Assembly (NCBI GenBank): GCA_001643675.2
Contig: LSRY02000054.1
Span: forward strand, 496,001-560,000
From: Monocercomonoides exilis PA203
Taxonomy: Eukaryota; Protista; Preaxostyla
Length of the DNA stretch: 64,000 bases
Reading direction: 5' to 3'
In this document: positions 1-12,344 of the stretch, piece after piece
How the letters are laid out: each line of letters begins with the position of its first letter
Numbering within the stretch: the stretch's first letter is position 1
Program-made: the position numbers and the translations under genes
Notes under the pieces: generated by a model
Told to the model about the DNA's origin: nothing
Database searches by the model: none
What the model saw: the letters and a program-made list of their open reading frames with translations, nothing else

Positions 1-743
1 CTTTTTGTTTGACATTCAGTGAAACTGCAGTTATTCAAAATGACATCCAACTTGTTATTGCTATAGTCTCCATTTATGCTAACAATTCCATCACCACTTG
101 AAATTTTGTTCAAACTCACGTTCATCAACGAAACTATTTTTGTAAGATACGTAAAAAAAACTTGGTGTGAAAATATGACAGTGTTGCTCTTATCAACACA
201 CTCAACAGAATTCATGAACAAATTTCCCCCACGCAAATCTAAAAGGTGATATACCAAATTTTGGCTATTTGTTTGAGGCCGAATAAGTTGACAGTTAGTA
301 ATTGTTAGTTCTCCATCATCTCCGAAAATAAATGCACAATTGCCAAATTCTCTCAAAGATATAGGAAGATAGAATATCAAATATATGAATTCAACCTTTC
401 CCCTGCACATGAAAAAATATTCTTCTGCATACACATCACAATCCATTGAAACCATTGTGTTTCCATTTCCATCGCTGTTTACTCCTTCAATGGTTATTCC
501 TGAACTTTTTCCAAATATTATTTTTTCTGCTTTGAATGCAGTTGTTTCATTGACAACATAGATCTTGCATGCTTGATTATTTCCCAGAAGATCATAGGCA
601 CTTTTCAATGATTTCATTTCCTGACCGATTGATGTTCCAGTGTTGGTGTCACTTCCACTTTGCTTCACATAAACTGTGTAAGGTTTTTCTTCATTCAATT
701 CTTGTGATGTTGCAAATGCAAATGTCAGAATGACAAAGAGCAT
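1..743 (-). CDS. 5' part of a secreted/surface beta-helix-like repeat protein, paralog of the 40176-43633 gene; runs off the left edge
   Basis: ATG at 743; manual translation MLFVILTFAFATSQELNEEKPYTVYVKQSGSDTNTGTSIGQEMKSLKSAYDLL...GITIEGVNSDGNGNTMVSMDCDV...NNKLDVILNNCSFTECQTK stays open to base 1; signal-peptide-like start; clear similarity to the 40.2-43.6 kb gene, including the 5' flank. Confidence 0.85.
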   Translation of the reverse strand, partial: MLFVILTFAFATSQELNEEKPYTVYVKQSGSDTNTGTSIGQEMKSLKSAYDLLGNNQACKIYVVNETTAFKAEKIIFGKSSGITIEGVNSDGNGNTMVSMDCDVYAEEYFFMCRGKVEFIYLIFYLPISLREFGNCAFIFGDDGELTITNCQLIRPQTNSQNLVYHLLDLRGGNLFMNSVECVDKSNTVIFSHQVFFTYLTKIVSLMNVSLNKISSGDGIVSINGDYSNNKLDVILNNCSFTECQTK

Positions 744-2749
744 TCTTTTTGATGTTTTTCGATCAGGATCACAATTGATCGATTTTTGTTTAATACAAAC
801 GCAAATCAGAGTCATTCAAAGGTTTGGTTCCAACGGGTGAATATTTGAAATAAGAAGGAATAATCACAAACATATTCAAATATCAATGACTTCCGTCAAT
901 CGTTTTTTTTGAAGAAGAAAACGGATCAAAAAAATAAATAATACAAACATCAAATTAGCGCCCATAACATATTTTTATTGAATGTTTTCTTATTTCATTT
1001 TGATACAAACATTAATCAAAAGAAAAAAAGATATAGTTTTTAAATAATGTTTTCGATGACAAATCACATATTTTCAGACGCGAATAACACCTTTCCCAAA
1101 ATTAATTCATTTTCTTTTGTTGATAGATTAAACAAAAATTCACTTTCAAATTTCTTTTCTTCATCACGTAATATTAAAAAAGTGGAATAAAAATGCATGA
1201 ATAATTTTTGATAAACCTTATGAAAAATTCAACATTAATTTCTCAAAAGAAATGAAATAATCAATCATTATTAGATTTTCATATTTAATATTCTTTTAAA
1301 CAGCAATGAGTAGAAAACAAAATAAAAACTCTGACTCAGGAAGAGCTCTTTTAATGATGAAAAAATTGAATGAGTTGTTGTTGAGATAAAGTGTCATCGA
1401 ATATTAGTCATTTCGGAACTTCATTCCAAATGCAAACTTCCAGAGTTGGACAGCACCGAGTATTTTCTTGAAACCCTTGAAATGTTTCTTCCATTCGAAG
1501 CAGAGAAGAATAAAGGGCTTTGTGCAGCCATTTTGCTTCAGTGACAGTTGTCGGAAGCTGAATCTCAAGATAATTAATGTATTGCAGTTTATTCAAATAA
1601 AAGGATAGCAACTGATACCAATGGCAATCGATCATATGTTTTCTGTTTTTTCAGCTGTCTTATTCTTATGTTTTTTTGAAGGAATTGTGTGGCAAAGAAA
1701 TGAATTTGATAGAAGTCTTTGAAGAGATTACAGATGAAGAATGAGGATTTGAGGGAAATGATCCATTGAGCACAGTAAATGTTTTGAAAGAAGATGTTTC
1801 AGATGACGGAAGACATAATCGCGATTAAGAGGGCTTTCTCATTGTATCATGAAAAATACATCTTCTTTGTGAGCTTATCTGATTTGGTTTCAATGAAAAA
1901 CAACAGGAAAGCGAATAATTCTGATGGCACTTAGGAATGAAAAGAAGAAGAGAATATCATTGCTTATTCGATAACTCTTTCAAAAAAACAAAGAAGAACA
2001 AGACATCACAATCGAAAAAACAAATGGAGTACTTATCTTTCACTTTTTTCAGCTTTGGATATCCTCGATTGGAAATCAATCAATTCCAAATTGAATGTTA
2101 GTGAAGTTACTGAGACAGAATTGGAAAGTCTTCATGGCTGCCTCATCTACTCAATTGAACAAAAAAACAGACACGATCTGTCCAACAAATCTCTCAAAAT
2201 GGTGATTATTTTTCATTGTTATTTTGCTTTTCCTTCTTGTTTTTGATATCTTTTGTTGAGCTTCAAAGACAAAAAGTCTTCATTCAACACTCAGTTTTTA
2301 AAATGATTCTTTTTCTGACTCGTTGTTAATTAACAGGATGTTGATAACTTTTCTCATTTCCTTTTTGGGTGTCAAACTGTCTCTTTTTCAAATTCGAATT
2401 TTATTTGTTTCTGATGAATAACTGTTTTGGGGGGAATTCACGATGATGATGAGTGTTTGTTAAAAATATAATAAAATTAATATTTTGTCAGAATGAAAAT
2501 GAAATGATAATTTTGTCAGTGCTTTTATCAAAAAGGCTTCAAATGTTGATGTGTGTGCAGAATAGTTTTTTTGAATGAAAATTGTATTTGCACATGGTGA
2601 ATATCATTCTGAGAAAAAGAAACCAAAAATTCAAATAAAGCCATTGAGATGCTCATTTCAATGTTTATTTCTCGCTTTTGATGCTCTCTTTTATGTTTTC
2701 TCCATTTTTCTCTCATTATTATTTTTCTTTCCTTTTTCCTTTCTTTTTT

Positions 2750-5455
2750 TTATTCTTCCTCATCCCCCAGCTTCACCGAATTGATCCCCATCCCGATCTG
2801 CCCTCCCTGATACGTCCCTCTCTTCAGCTTCGTCTTCGCTGCCCTGAATCCTTTTCCCCGAGTCTGCAGCAGCTTCTCCGACGCCTTCTTGCCCCACGCC
2901 TCGCCTTTCATCTCGAAGCTGTTGTCCGCCAGCCGCGGGTCAGTAATCACATACTTGGACGGATCGACACGGCGGAAGGGGGTGTGGCGAGAGGGAGAAG
3001 GGGAAGGGGAAGGAGAAGGAGAAGGAGAGGGAGAGGGAGAGGGAGAGGGAGAGGGAGAGGGAGAGGGAGAAGGAGATGACTCGTTATTGTTGGCTGGGGA
3101 TGAGCTGGGAGCAAGATTTGGGTTTGATATCATTTTGTTGTTCTTCTTCTTTACTGAAGAAGATTCTGATTCTGATTCAGAATCAGAAGAATCAGAGGAG
3201 GATGAAGAGGAAGATGAAGATGATGAATCACTATCTGAATCATCTGAAGATGAATCTGAATCTGAATCTGAATCTGATGAAGAATCGGAGGAAGACGAAT
3301 CAGAAGAGCTTTCTTCATCTGAACTCACTTTTTGTGCAACAACAGTTTTTGGTACTTCTTTTTTCTCTTCTTTCTTTTCTGGTTTTTTTGAGACTTTTTC
3401 TTCTTTTTCTTCTTCGCTTGATTCATCTGAAGAATCAGAATCAGAAGAGGAGGAAGAAGAGTCAGAAGAAGATGAGTCAGAGGAAGAATCAGAGGAAGAA
3501 TCAGAGGAAGAATCAGAGGAAGAATCAGAGGAAGATGAATCAGAGGAGGAGGAAGAAGAAGAATCAGAACTTTCTTCTTTCTTTGCAGAAATTGCTGGTT
3601 GACTTTGCTTCGCCTTCTCGTTTGCATTCACTTTTTTGGCTGTTTCTTTTGCTTCTTCTTTCTTTTCTGGTTTGACTGAAGAAGAAGATGAGGAAGAAGA
3701 AGAAGAAGAGGAGGAGGAGGAGGAGGAAGAGGAAGAAGAAGAGCTATCATCATCTGAATCAGAATCTGAGTCAGAATCAGAAGAATCAGAAGATGATGAT
3801 TCAGAAGATGAGTCTTCTGTGTCAGTTTCAGATTTCACAGGAATTCCTGGTCTTTGCTTCTTCTCTTTCTCTTTCTCTTTCTCTTTCTCTTTCTCTTTTT
3901 CATCTTCTTCTTTCTTCTTTTCATTTTTTTCTTCCTTTTTTGGCTCTTCTTCCATTTTATCAGATTCTGATGAGCTTTCATCTGCATCAGAATCTGAGTC
4001 AGAATCAGAAGAAGAATCTGATGAATCAGAAGAAGAGGAAGAAGAAGAAGAATCAGAAGAATCAGAAGAAGAAGAAGAAGAAGAAGATGATGATGATTCA
4101 TCGCTATCTTTTTCTTCTTTTTCTTCTTTCATTCTCTTTGACGGGATTTTCTGTATTTCTGTTGGAACTTTAGCTGGTTTAGCTTTTGAAGAAGAGGAGG
4201 AGGAAGAAGAAGAGGAAGAAGAAGAATCTGAATCTGAGTCAGAAGATGAATCTGAAGATGAATCAGAATCAGATTCAGAGGAAGAAGAAGAAGATGAATC
4301 TGAATCTGAATCAGAAGAAGAATCAGAACTTTCTGCATTTTTGTCTGCTTTTGAAGGGATTCCTGGCTGCGGTCGCTTCACTTTCTCATCCAAATTAGCT
4401 TTGATGGGAGATTCTTTTGGTATTTCTTTCTTTTCTGGCTTTGTTGAAGAGGAAGAGGAGGAGGAGGAGGAAGAAGAAGAAGAAGAAGAAGAATCTGAAG
4501 AATCCGAATCCGAATCTGAATCTGAATCAGATGAAGAATCAGAGTCAGAAGAAGATGATGATGAAGAAGAATCAGAACTTTCTGCTTTCTTTGAAGGGAT
4601 TCCTGGTTGTGGGCGTTTCACTTTCTCGTTTGCTTCAACTGTTGCTGGGGTTGTTTTGGGGGCTGGTTTGTTTTCTGCTTTTGATGATGAAGAGGAGGAA
4701 GATGAAGAAGAAGAGGAAGAAGAGGAAGATGATGACGAAGATGAAGAAGACGAATCAGAATCAGAAGATGAACTTTTCTTTGCTTCTTTGTCTTCTTTCA
4801 TTTTTTGCTGGGATGAGGCAGTTGCAGATGGAGCTGCTTTTGATACTGTTTTGGCTGATTTCTTTGAAGACGAAGAAGATGATGATGACGACGACGAATC
4901 TGATGAATCTGAGTCTGAATCAGATTCTGAGGAAGAATCGTCTGTGTCATCCTCATTTTTCACTGGAATTCCTGGACGCGGGCGTTTAACTTTTTTGGAG
5001 GCTTCCTCAACTTTCTTGATTGCTTTTGAGATTTTGTTTCCTTTTGTTGAAGATGAAGAAGAACTCGAAGATGACGAGCTCGAAGCGGAGGAGCTCGACG
5101 AAGATGAACTTGATGAAGATGAGTCAGATGAAGAATCCGATGAAGATGAATTTGACTGCTTTTTAGCTTCGATTTTTGGATTTACTGTTTTTTCATTTTC
5201 TTTTGTCATTTTCACATTTTTAACGGTTGAAGAGCTGCTGCTGCTGCTTGACGATTCAGAAGATGAACTAGAAGAGTCACTTGATGATGAAGAATCAGAA
5301 GAATCGGAACTATCTGAATCCTCAATCATTCTCTTAGATGGCGGGTGAGTAATTTTCGTAACCTTTTTAGTGACCTTTGTCTTCTTTACAATCTCTTCTG
5401 AAGAGCTGCTATCGCTAGATGAACTGGAAGATGAATCGGAACTTGATTTTGCCAT
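2750..5455 (-). CDS. SRP40: Nucleolar phosphoprotein Srp40/Nopp140 (NOLC1) homolog
   Basis: 901-aa ORF of alternating Ser/Asp tracts and Lys/Pro-rich spacers; C-terminal SRP40_C-type domain PFRRVD...DNSF...WGKKASEKLLQTRGKGFRAAKTKLKRGTYQGGQI...SVKL. Confidence 0.92.
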   Translation of the reverse strand: MAKSSSDSSSSSSSDSSSSEEIVKKTKVTKKVTKITHPPSKRMIEDSDSSDSSDSSSSSDSSSSSSESSSSSSSSSTVKNVKMTKENEKTVNPKIEAKKQSNSSSSDSSSDSSSSSSSSSSSSASSSSSSSSSSSSTKGNKISKAIKKVEEASKKVKRPRPGIPVKNEDDTDDSSSESDSDSDSSDSSSSSSSSSSSKKSAKTVSKAAPSATASSQQKMKEDKEAKKSSSSDSDSSSSSSSSSSSSSSSSSSSSSSSSKAENKPAPKTTPATVEANEKVKRPQPGIPSKKAESSDSSSSSSSSDSDSSSDSDSDSDSDSSDSSSSSSSSSSSSSSSSTKPEKKEIPKESPIKANLDEKVKRPQPGIPSKADKNAESSDSSSDSDSDSSSSSSSESDSDSSSDSSSDSDSDSSSSSSSSSSSSSKAKPAKVPTEIQKIPSKRMKEEKEEKDSDESSSSSSSSSSSDSSDSSSSSSSSDSSDSSSDSDSDSDADESSSESDKMEEEPKKEEKNEKKKEEDEKEKEKEKEKEKEKKQRPGIPVKSETDTEDSSSESSSSDSSDSDSDSDSDDDSSSSSSSSSSSSSSSSSSSSSSSVKPEKKEEAKETAKKVNANEKAKQSQPAISAKKEESSDSSSSSSSDSSSSDSSSDSSSDSSSDSSSDSSSSDSSSSSSDSDSSDESSEEEKEEKVSKKPEKKEEKKEVPKTVVAQKVSSDEESSSDSSSSDSSSDSDSDSDSSSDDSDSDSSSSSSSSSSSDSSDSESESESSSVKKKNNKMISNPNLAPSSSPANNNESSPSPSPSPSPSPSPSPSPSPSPSPSPSPSRHTPFRRVDPSKYVITDPRLADNSFEMKGEAWGKKASEKLLQTRGKGFRAAKTKLKRGTYQGGQIGMGINSVKLGDEEE

Positions 5456-6165
5456 TATGTTGTAAAAATTGAAATATCTTATGAAGAATCAAGTTTCAGA
5501 GTTGATCATAAACGATAAATATGAAAAATAAAAAGATGTATAAAAGATAAATTCGAATAAATAAAAATTTGTATACTATTTCAGAAAAAAGGAAATTACA
5601 AAGAATGACAATAAATACAGTTAATAATGGTCAGACAGATCGATGAAAATTCCCAAAAAACAGAAATTTAGGAATTTTCTCAGTAAATGCAATCGATTTT
5701 TTCTAATATTTAATGTCAAGTTATTATGAGAATTTCATTTAATAATTTATATTTTTTAAGTTCCATTAACGTTCAAAAGAAATTGATTTCATATTTTTGC
5801 AAACAAAATATTCACTTATCAATGCTATAAAACCTATTCATCCAAAAATTTTTAGACATATGAAATTATAGCACATACAAATCATCGTTCTTGAAAAAAC
5901 TCCAAGCCTTCGATTATTTGAAAGAAAATAACTTTTAGAAAAAATAAGTTCTTGCATAATAAATTATGCAAATCGTTTTCAAACAATCTATAAATATTTC
6001 AGATAATAAATAAACTTTGTTTTGAAAGAATCTTATTGAGAACCACCGACAAATTAATCTTACATTCAATTATTCAGTTTATTAATAAATAAACAAATTT
6101 ATCTTTAATATTTTTATTTATTTTCATTACTATTATTGTTATTATTATTTATCATAATTTATTTT

Positions 6166-8791
6166 TCACCCCATTTTTTCTGCACATTTTATAATTTCAG
6201 AGACATATTCAGAATAACTCCATTGTGAAGGCCATTTGTCTTCAATGAGAAGATGCTGCAGAAGAGAACAATCTTCGTCTTCCTCCCAGCTGATGCAGTA
6301 TATTTCTGGAACTGGGGAGCAGGAGCTGAATGAGGAAAGAAAGAGAAGAAGAAGGAGAGAGAGAGAGAGAGAGAAAGGAGAGAGAAAGAGAAAGAGAAAG
6401 AAAAACAGAAAAATATGAAATATAAAAAATAAAAATTTCAAATACATAATTAAGAAAATAAAAAATAAAAATAAAATTTCAAAAATACAAATAAAAATAA
6501 AAGAAATAAAAATTTTATTTAATTTATTTTTTATTTTTTATTTTATTTCATATTCTTCACACTATTTCAGAGCCAGCAACCTCACCAGCTGTTTGACTGC
6601 TTTTGCCAATGGACTTTTCTCTGAAGAAAAAAAATACTTCGAAAAAGCGTCTTCTTCTGCGCTTTTCTTCAGAAGAGGAGAAGAAATTAAGGAATTTATG
6701 ACTTTTGAGGGGAGAAATGTGAGTGAAGGAAGAGAAGAAGAAGAAGAAAGAGAAGAAGAAGAAGAAGAAGAGGGGGAAGAAGAAGAGGGGGAAGAAGAAG
6801 AAGAAGAAGAAGAAGAAGAAGAAGAAGAAGAAGAAGAAGAATTTAACAATATTCTCTTTTTTTCTTCAATTTTTGATTGTTTTTGTGGATTTTGTGAGTT
6901 GAGAATGGAAAAACGACGAAGAGAATGAAAAACGTCTGAAGTGGAATCAGTTAGTGAAGATATGAGTGAAGAAGAAGAAGAATATGAAGAAGAAGAATAT
7001 GATGATGATGAGGAGGAGGAGGAAGAGGAGGAGGAGGAAATAGAAGAAGAAGAGGGGGAAGAAGAAGGAGGAGGAGGAGAAGATGATGATGATGAATTAA
7101 ATGAAGAAGAAGAAGAAGAAGATGATGATGATATAGAAGGAGAAGGAGAAGAAGAATTAAAAGAAGAAGAAGAGGAAGAAGAAGAAGAATTAAAAGAAGA
7201 AGGAGATGAAGAGGAAGAAGGAGAAAGAGAAGAAGAAGAATATTCATCATTTGTGTGAGTGAAATAAAGCAGAGCGAAAAAAGGAGTGAAAAACAAATAG
7301 ATTTCTCCGTCTTTGATTGAGCTGCTGCATAAATGGAGTTGCTGGGGAATGAAGGAAAGAGGAGGAAGAGAGGAAGAAGAAGAAGAAGAAGAGGAAGAAG
7401 ATTGTGATGATGATGATGAAATTAATTCTTTATTCTTTTCTTCATTTTTTTCTCTTTCTCCTTCTTCTCTATCTTCTTTTTCTTCTTCTCTATCTTCTTC
7501 AATAACTTCTCTATTATTTCTCTCAGACCTTCTCTTCTTCTCCTCCATCTCCTCCATCATTTCTATCAAATTGTCCACTCGACACAGAAAAGGGAAAAGA
7601 AAGCACAAACATTGCGGAACAGAAGAAGACAAGAGGAAACTGCGAGAAGCAATTTTAGAGTCAAAAGTGAGAGAGAAAGATGGAATTTGAGGGGTTGAAG
7701 AGGAAGAAGAAGAAGAAGAGAAAGAAGAAGAAGAATCATTTTCTGAATAAAAAGAGCTGAGAGCATAGGAAAGCTTGTGAGTGACTGGAAATGGCGTCAA
7801 ATTGAACGGAAAAACCGAATTAAATCTTTCTGCAGTCACTTTGAGATTTTCTTCATTTTCTTTTGAATCATTCAGAATAGAAGCCGAAAAGGGGAATTTC
7901 GAAACGGCCGTAGACAACCCAGAATTATTCCATATATTTTGACATGTTTGTTTAAATTTCCCGAAAATTGACAGATTTGACTGAAATGCGGAATTATTGC
8001 GATCACTCATTAAATCAATTGGATGCAAGTTTCCGGCAGCTTCTCTCAAAGGAAGCGATTTTAACAGCGCTAATTGGTACAAGAAATACGTCTTCAGCGC
8101 GTCTGGAACCTGTGCCCGGCTCGCTTCCATGGCACCTTTCTCAGCCTCCATCACTCTGCGCCAGTTGACCAGCGCGCGAGCGGAGTTGTTCAGGAAATTC
8201 CTTGTTATTTCTTCAGTTGAGTGGTATTTCATTTGATAAGCAATGTTTTTGGCGTCAAAAGCGATGGCTGCTTCAGAATCGAAGGAAGAGAACATGGAAA
8301 GCAGGGAGTGGACAATAGGCAGGCGGAAGGTGTGAATGCGGATGAGTCGGATGGGATGAGGAGAGGAAGAAGGGGAAGAGGAAGAAGAAGAAGAAGGTTG
8401 AGTAAAAGAACTTTCAGATATTTCTCCATTTCTTTCATTTTCTTCTTCTTCTTCTCCTTCTCCTTCGCCCTTCCCTACGTACCAAACCTTCCTCCCTCTT
8501 CCTCTTCCTCTCCCTTCTCCCCTTCTCCTTCCTTCCCCATTCACATTCGCATCCATATCCACATACTCCACCACCACCTGCACTGTTATTTCCTTCGGCA
8601 CTGGCTGCAATTTCGAGTAATCTGCCTGAAATTTCACTCCAAACGAGCAATTTTCATCGGAATGGCAGAGAAAACAGTCGTTTTGGGTGTTTATGAGGCA
8701 ATTGCCAGAGGAGATGGAGGAAGAGAGGCCAGAGGGGGAATAAATGTGGAGAGAGAGAGAATGGAAGGAGGAAGAGGGGGAAGAGGAGGGA

Positions 8792-8823
<32 letters not shown>

Positions 8824-9645
8824 AGAGGAAGAAGAGGAAGAAGAGGAGGAGGAGGAGGGAGAAGAGGGAGAAGAGGAGGAAGAAGAAGAGGAAGAAGAAG
8901 AGGAAGAGTAAGAGGAAGAAGAGGGAGAAGAGGAGGAGGAGGAGGGAGAAGAGGGAGAAGAGGGAGAAGAAGAGGAAGATAAATGTGATATGTTGTTGGA
9001 TCCAGTTTGTATCGAAGGTGCAGATGAAAGATTTGAAGAAGAAGAAGATGATGATGATGATGATGAAGTGGAAGAAAAAGAAGAGGAGGAGGAAGGAGAA
9101 CAGGAAGAAGGAAAAGAGGCAGAAGAAGAAGATAAAGAAGACAGAGGTGATGATAAAGGAGAAGAAGGAGAAGAGGAAGAATTAAATGAAGAAGAAGATG
9201 ATGATGATGAAGGAGAAAGAATCTGTTCAATGTCAGAATAAAGACGTTGAGTGCAAGAGAGAGGAGAAGAAAGGGCAAAAAGAGGGAAGCTTTTGAGACA
9301 GCCACCCGTGAATTCACACAATGGAGCTGTTCGAATGGGATATATGGATATATTTATGTATGTTTATTTATATTTTATTAATTTAATGAATGTTTATTTA
9401 TTGATTTATATTATTGACGTATGTTTATTTATGTATATAAAGATACAAAGATATAAAGCAGTGGAGATATGTTGATATTGATACATGGATGTGTATGAAG
9501 AAGGAGTTGGTTTTATATTTGGGGATCATAATAATAATAATAATAATAATAAGGATGATGATGATGACGATGACGATGAAGAAGTTGATGGCATATATCA
9601 ATAAAAAAGGAAAAAATAAATGGAATAAATGAATAAATAAATGAA

Positions 9646-9680
<35 letters not shown>

Positions 9681-10271
9681 AAAGCTATTTAAAAAAACTA
9701 AATATAATCTTTTCATACATAACGAAGCGAGGTCAATGAAATGAGAGAGAGGAAAAGCGAAGATGTTGAACTGAATGTGAGATTGGATGCATTTCCAGGC
9801 AAGTTCTTGATAGAAGGGGTTGGATGAGGCTGTTGAATAGGAGAAGGAGAAAGAAAAGGAGAGAAGGAGAAGGAGAAGAAGGAGAAGGAGAAGAAGGAGA
9901 AGGAGAAGAAGGAGAAAGAAAGAAAGAAAGAATAAGCAAATGAATGAATGAATGAATGAGAAAAAAAAAGAAGAAAAAACAATGAAAAAGAATTAAAAAA
10001 AGAAAAATGAAAATGAAAAAAGAAGAAGAAAGAAAGAAAAGAAAGGAAAAGAAAAAAATAAAAGAAAAAGAAAAAAAGAAAGAAAAAGAAAAAAAGAAAT
10101 AATAATAATAATAAACACAACAAAATAAAACCAACCTAGCAAAGAAGGCTGTTTGTCAGTTCCAACAGCGTCTGAATGGAAAGAGAGAGAAAGAGCACCT
10201 CTTCCAACACCTGGGCGAGTGGAGAGGAAGGAAAGAACACACCCTGCTTTGTTGCTCTGAATATGAATGAG

Positions 10272-10350
<79 letters not shown>

Positions 10351-12086
10351 GAAGAGAGAAAGAAAGAGGAAGTGGAAGCGGAAGTGGAAGTGGAAGAGAA
10401 AGAGAATGAGAATGAGAATGAAAGAAAATAAATGATATAAAAAATATTAATGTGAGTTTAAAATAAAAATTTTAAAATTTCAAAAAAGGAATTATTTTTT
10501 TTTTTGAAAATTTCATAAAATAAATAAATAAAATAATAAAAAATAGAAAGAAAAGGAAATACCATCAATTCCACAGCTGCCTCAAATGCAAAGCCAGCAG
10601 CCGAAACGCCCTTTTCCATTGCTTCTGTTTTGGATAACATTTCATTTTTCCTTCCTTTTTTCAATTTTGACAGAACATTTGAATTTTCTGTCATTTTTTC
10701 ATTTGTTCTGTTTGTTTTTCCTTGTGAATTTGACAAGTTCAAATGTGAAGAATTTATTTGAGTCAAAAGTGCTCCCCCAGCATTTTCTGTGCAAAAATTG
10801 GGTTTTTCTGAATCAGCTGCCGGAAAGTCTTCTTCGCTCAGTTTTTGTTTTTCAATGAAAAATAGCGATTTTTCAATGAAAGAAGGCAAAACATCATCAA
10901 AAAGCGAATCAATAGCTTCTTTATCTTCTGCGAATGATAGAAGAAAATTGTTGGATGGAGCAGGAATCGAACCTTCGCTCACGTCGCACACAGTGTTTAT
11001 TCGAAATCCAAACTGTTTTTGTTTTTTGTCAGAAAAATTAACATCGTCAGATTGATCTGATGGTTCAGAAGATGAATTTTTTCCCCTTTTGAAAGAGCGA
11101 GAAGAGTTTGACAAGATAACAGAAGGAAAAGAAGTTGAACAAGAATCATTCAATAGCTTCTGCTTGTAACGTTGTCTTTCGAAGAAATGAACATTGTTTT
11201 CATCAAAGGCAATGACAACGATGCTGTCATAATTGCTGCCCTGCATCTTCTTCACGCAGTCGCCAACGCAGGCCGTGGCGATCTGCGGAATTCCCATCTG
11301 AAGGGAGCTGGCTGTGACATCCAAAACAATGCACACATTTATCCTTTTGTCAGTTTTGGCAGATGAGATTGAAGGCAAAGAAGAATTTGAAGGGAAAGAA
11401 GAAGGATGAACGTGTGAATTAACTTGAGAAGAATCATTTGACAATTTATTGAATTTATCGTTGCCATCGCTTAATAATGACTGTGGATGTCCGTCAGTTG
11501 AAGAAGGAACTTCTGGGCAAATAATGTCAAATGATGCATGTGTAAGCTCAGGATGCAAATGATGATCATAAAGCAACTTGCTTTCAGGGTTTATTTTATT
11601 GCAATAATTCGGAGGCACTGATATAATCAATTACAATATTAAATTTTCAAGACAGTTGCCTTTTCCAGCATTAAAACAAGTTGAGACCTTTATTGTAAAT
11701 ACTACAAATCGGGCAAAGCCATCTTTTCCCGCCATCCAAAAAAATAGCATACGGATTTATATAAGCTTGGCAATTACAGCATCGTATCGGTAAGTTAGGT
11801 GCAAAATCAACAAGAGGAGGATTCTGAGAAATATTGAAAGCAATTAAAATAATTTAATTCGGCAAACATAAAAATTATTTTCATCAGCAAAAGGACTAAT
11901 AATTGCACCGAATTGCATTGGGAATTTATCGAGAATATCCTGATTAACAGGAAACGAAAAAGTGGTTGGCCGAACATATTCCTTTCTGCAAATTGCATTT
12001 GGAAAGAGCTTAATAAAATCGCTTCCACTTAATGTTCTTAAAAGGATAGAAGTATACGGTGGATATTCAGAGTTAATTGAATTCAT
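6166..12086 (-). CDS. SEC24: Sec24-family COPII coat subunit, multi-exon, with large poly-Ser insertions
   Basis: Spliced reading gives FGAIISPFA, zinc finger PIRCCNCQAYINPY...GGKRWLCPIC...VP...HPEL, trunk VCIVLDVT..SLQMG, GVGRGAL, FYQELAWKC...DLASL..LCEFTGG, helical part IRLIRIHT, terminal LIEDK...SYSEY. About 6 GT-AG introns (e.g. 11867-11824, 10562-10257). Confidence 0.88.
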
Positions 12087-12344
12087 CAGTTCATTAAAAA
12101 TTAATATCTTTTAATTGAAAAAATTTATGATGGAATACTTCCACCTGGAAGCTGAAGTGATTTTGAGATAAAATAGTTGAAAATGCAATTCTTTTATCGC
12201 AAACCATTTTGAAAAACTGATAGAAATTTTTATCCATTTATTCTTCAATCAAAAAATCATTTCATATGTGATCATACATAAAAATTATATTTTTTTGTTT
12301 TTTTCTGTTCAAGGTTGATTTGTCAAAACCACAATCGATAACAA

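Noticed and set aside
2889-5348. Long plus-strand poly-Glu/Asp ORFs (e.g. 3636-5348, 570 aa) and poly-Leu or poly-Arg ORFs
   Set aside because: Antisense or off-frame shadows of the (TCT/TCA)n poly-Ser codons of Srp40; the same applies to shadows over Sec24 and CK1.
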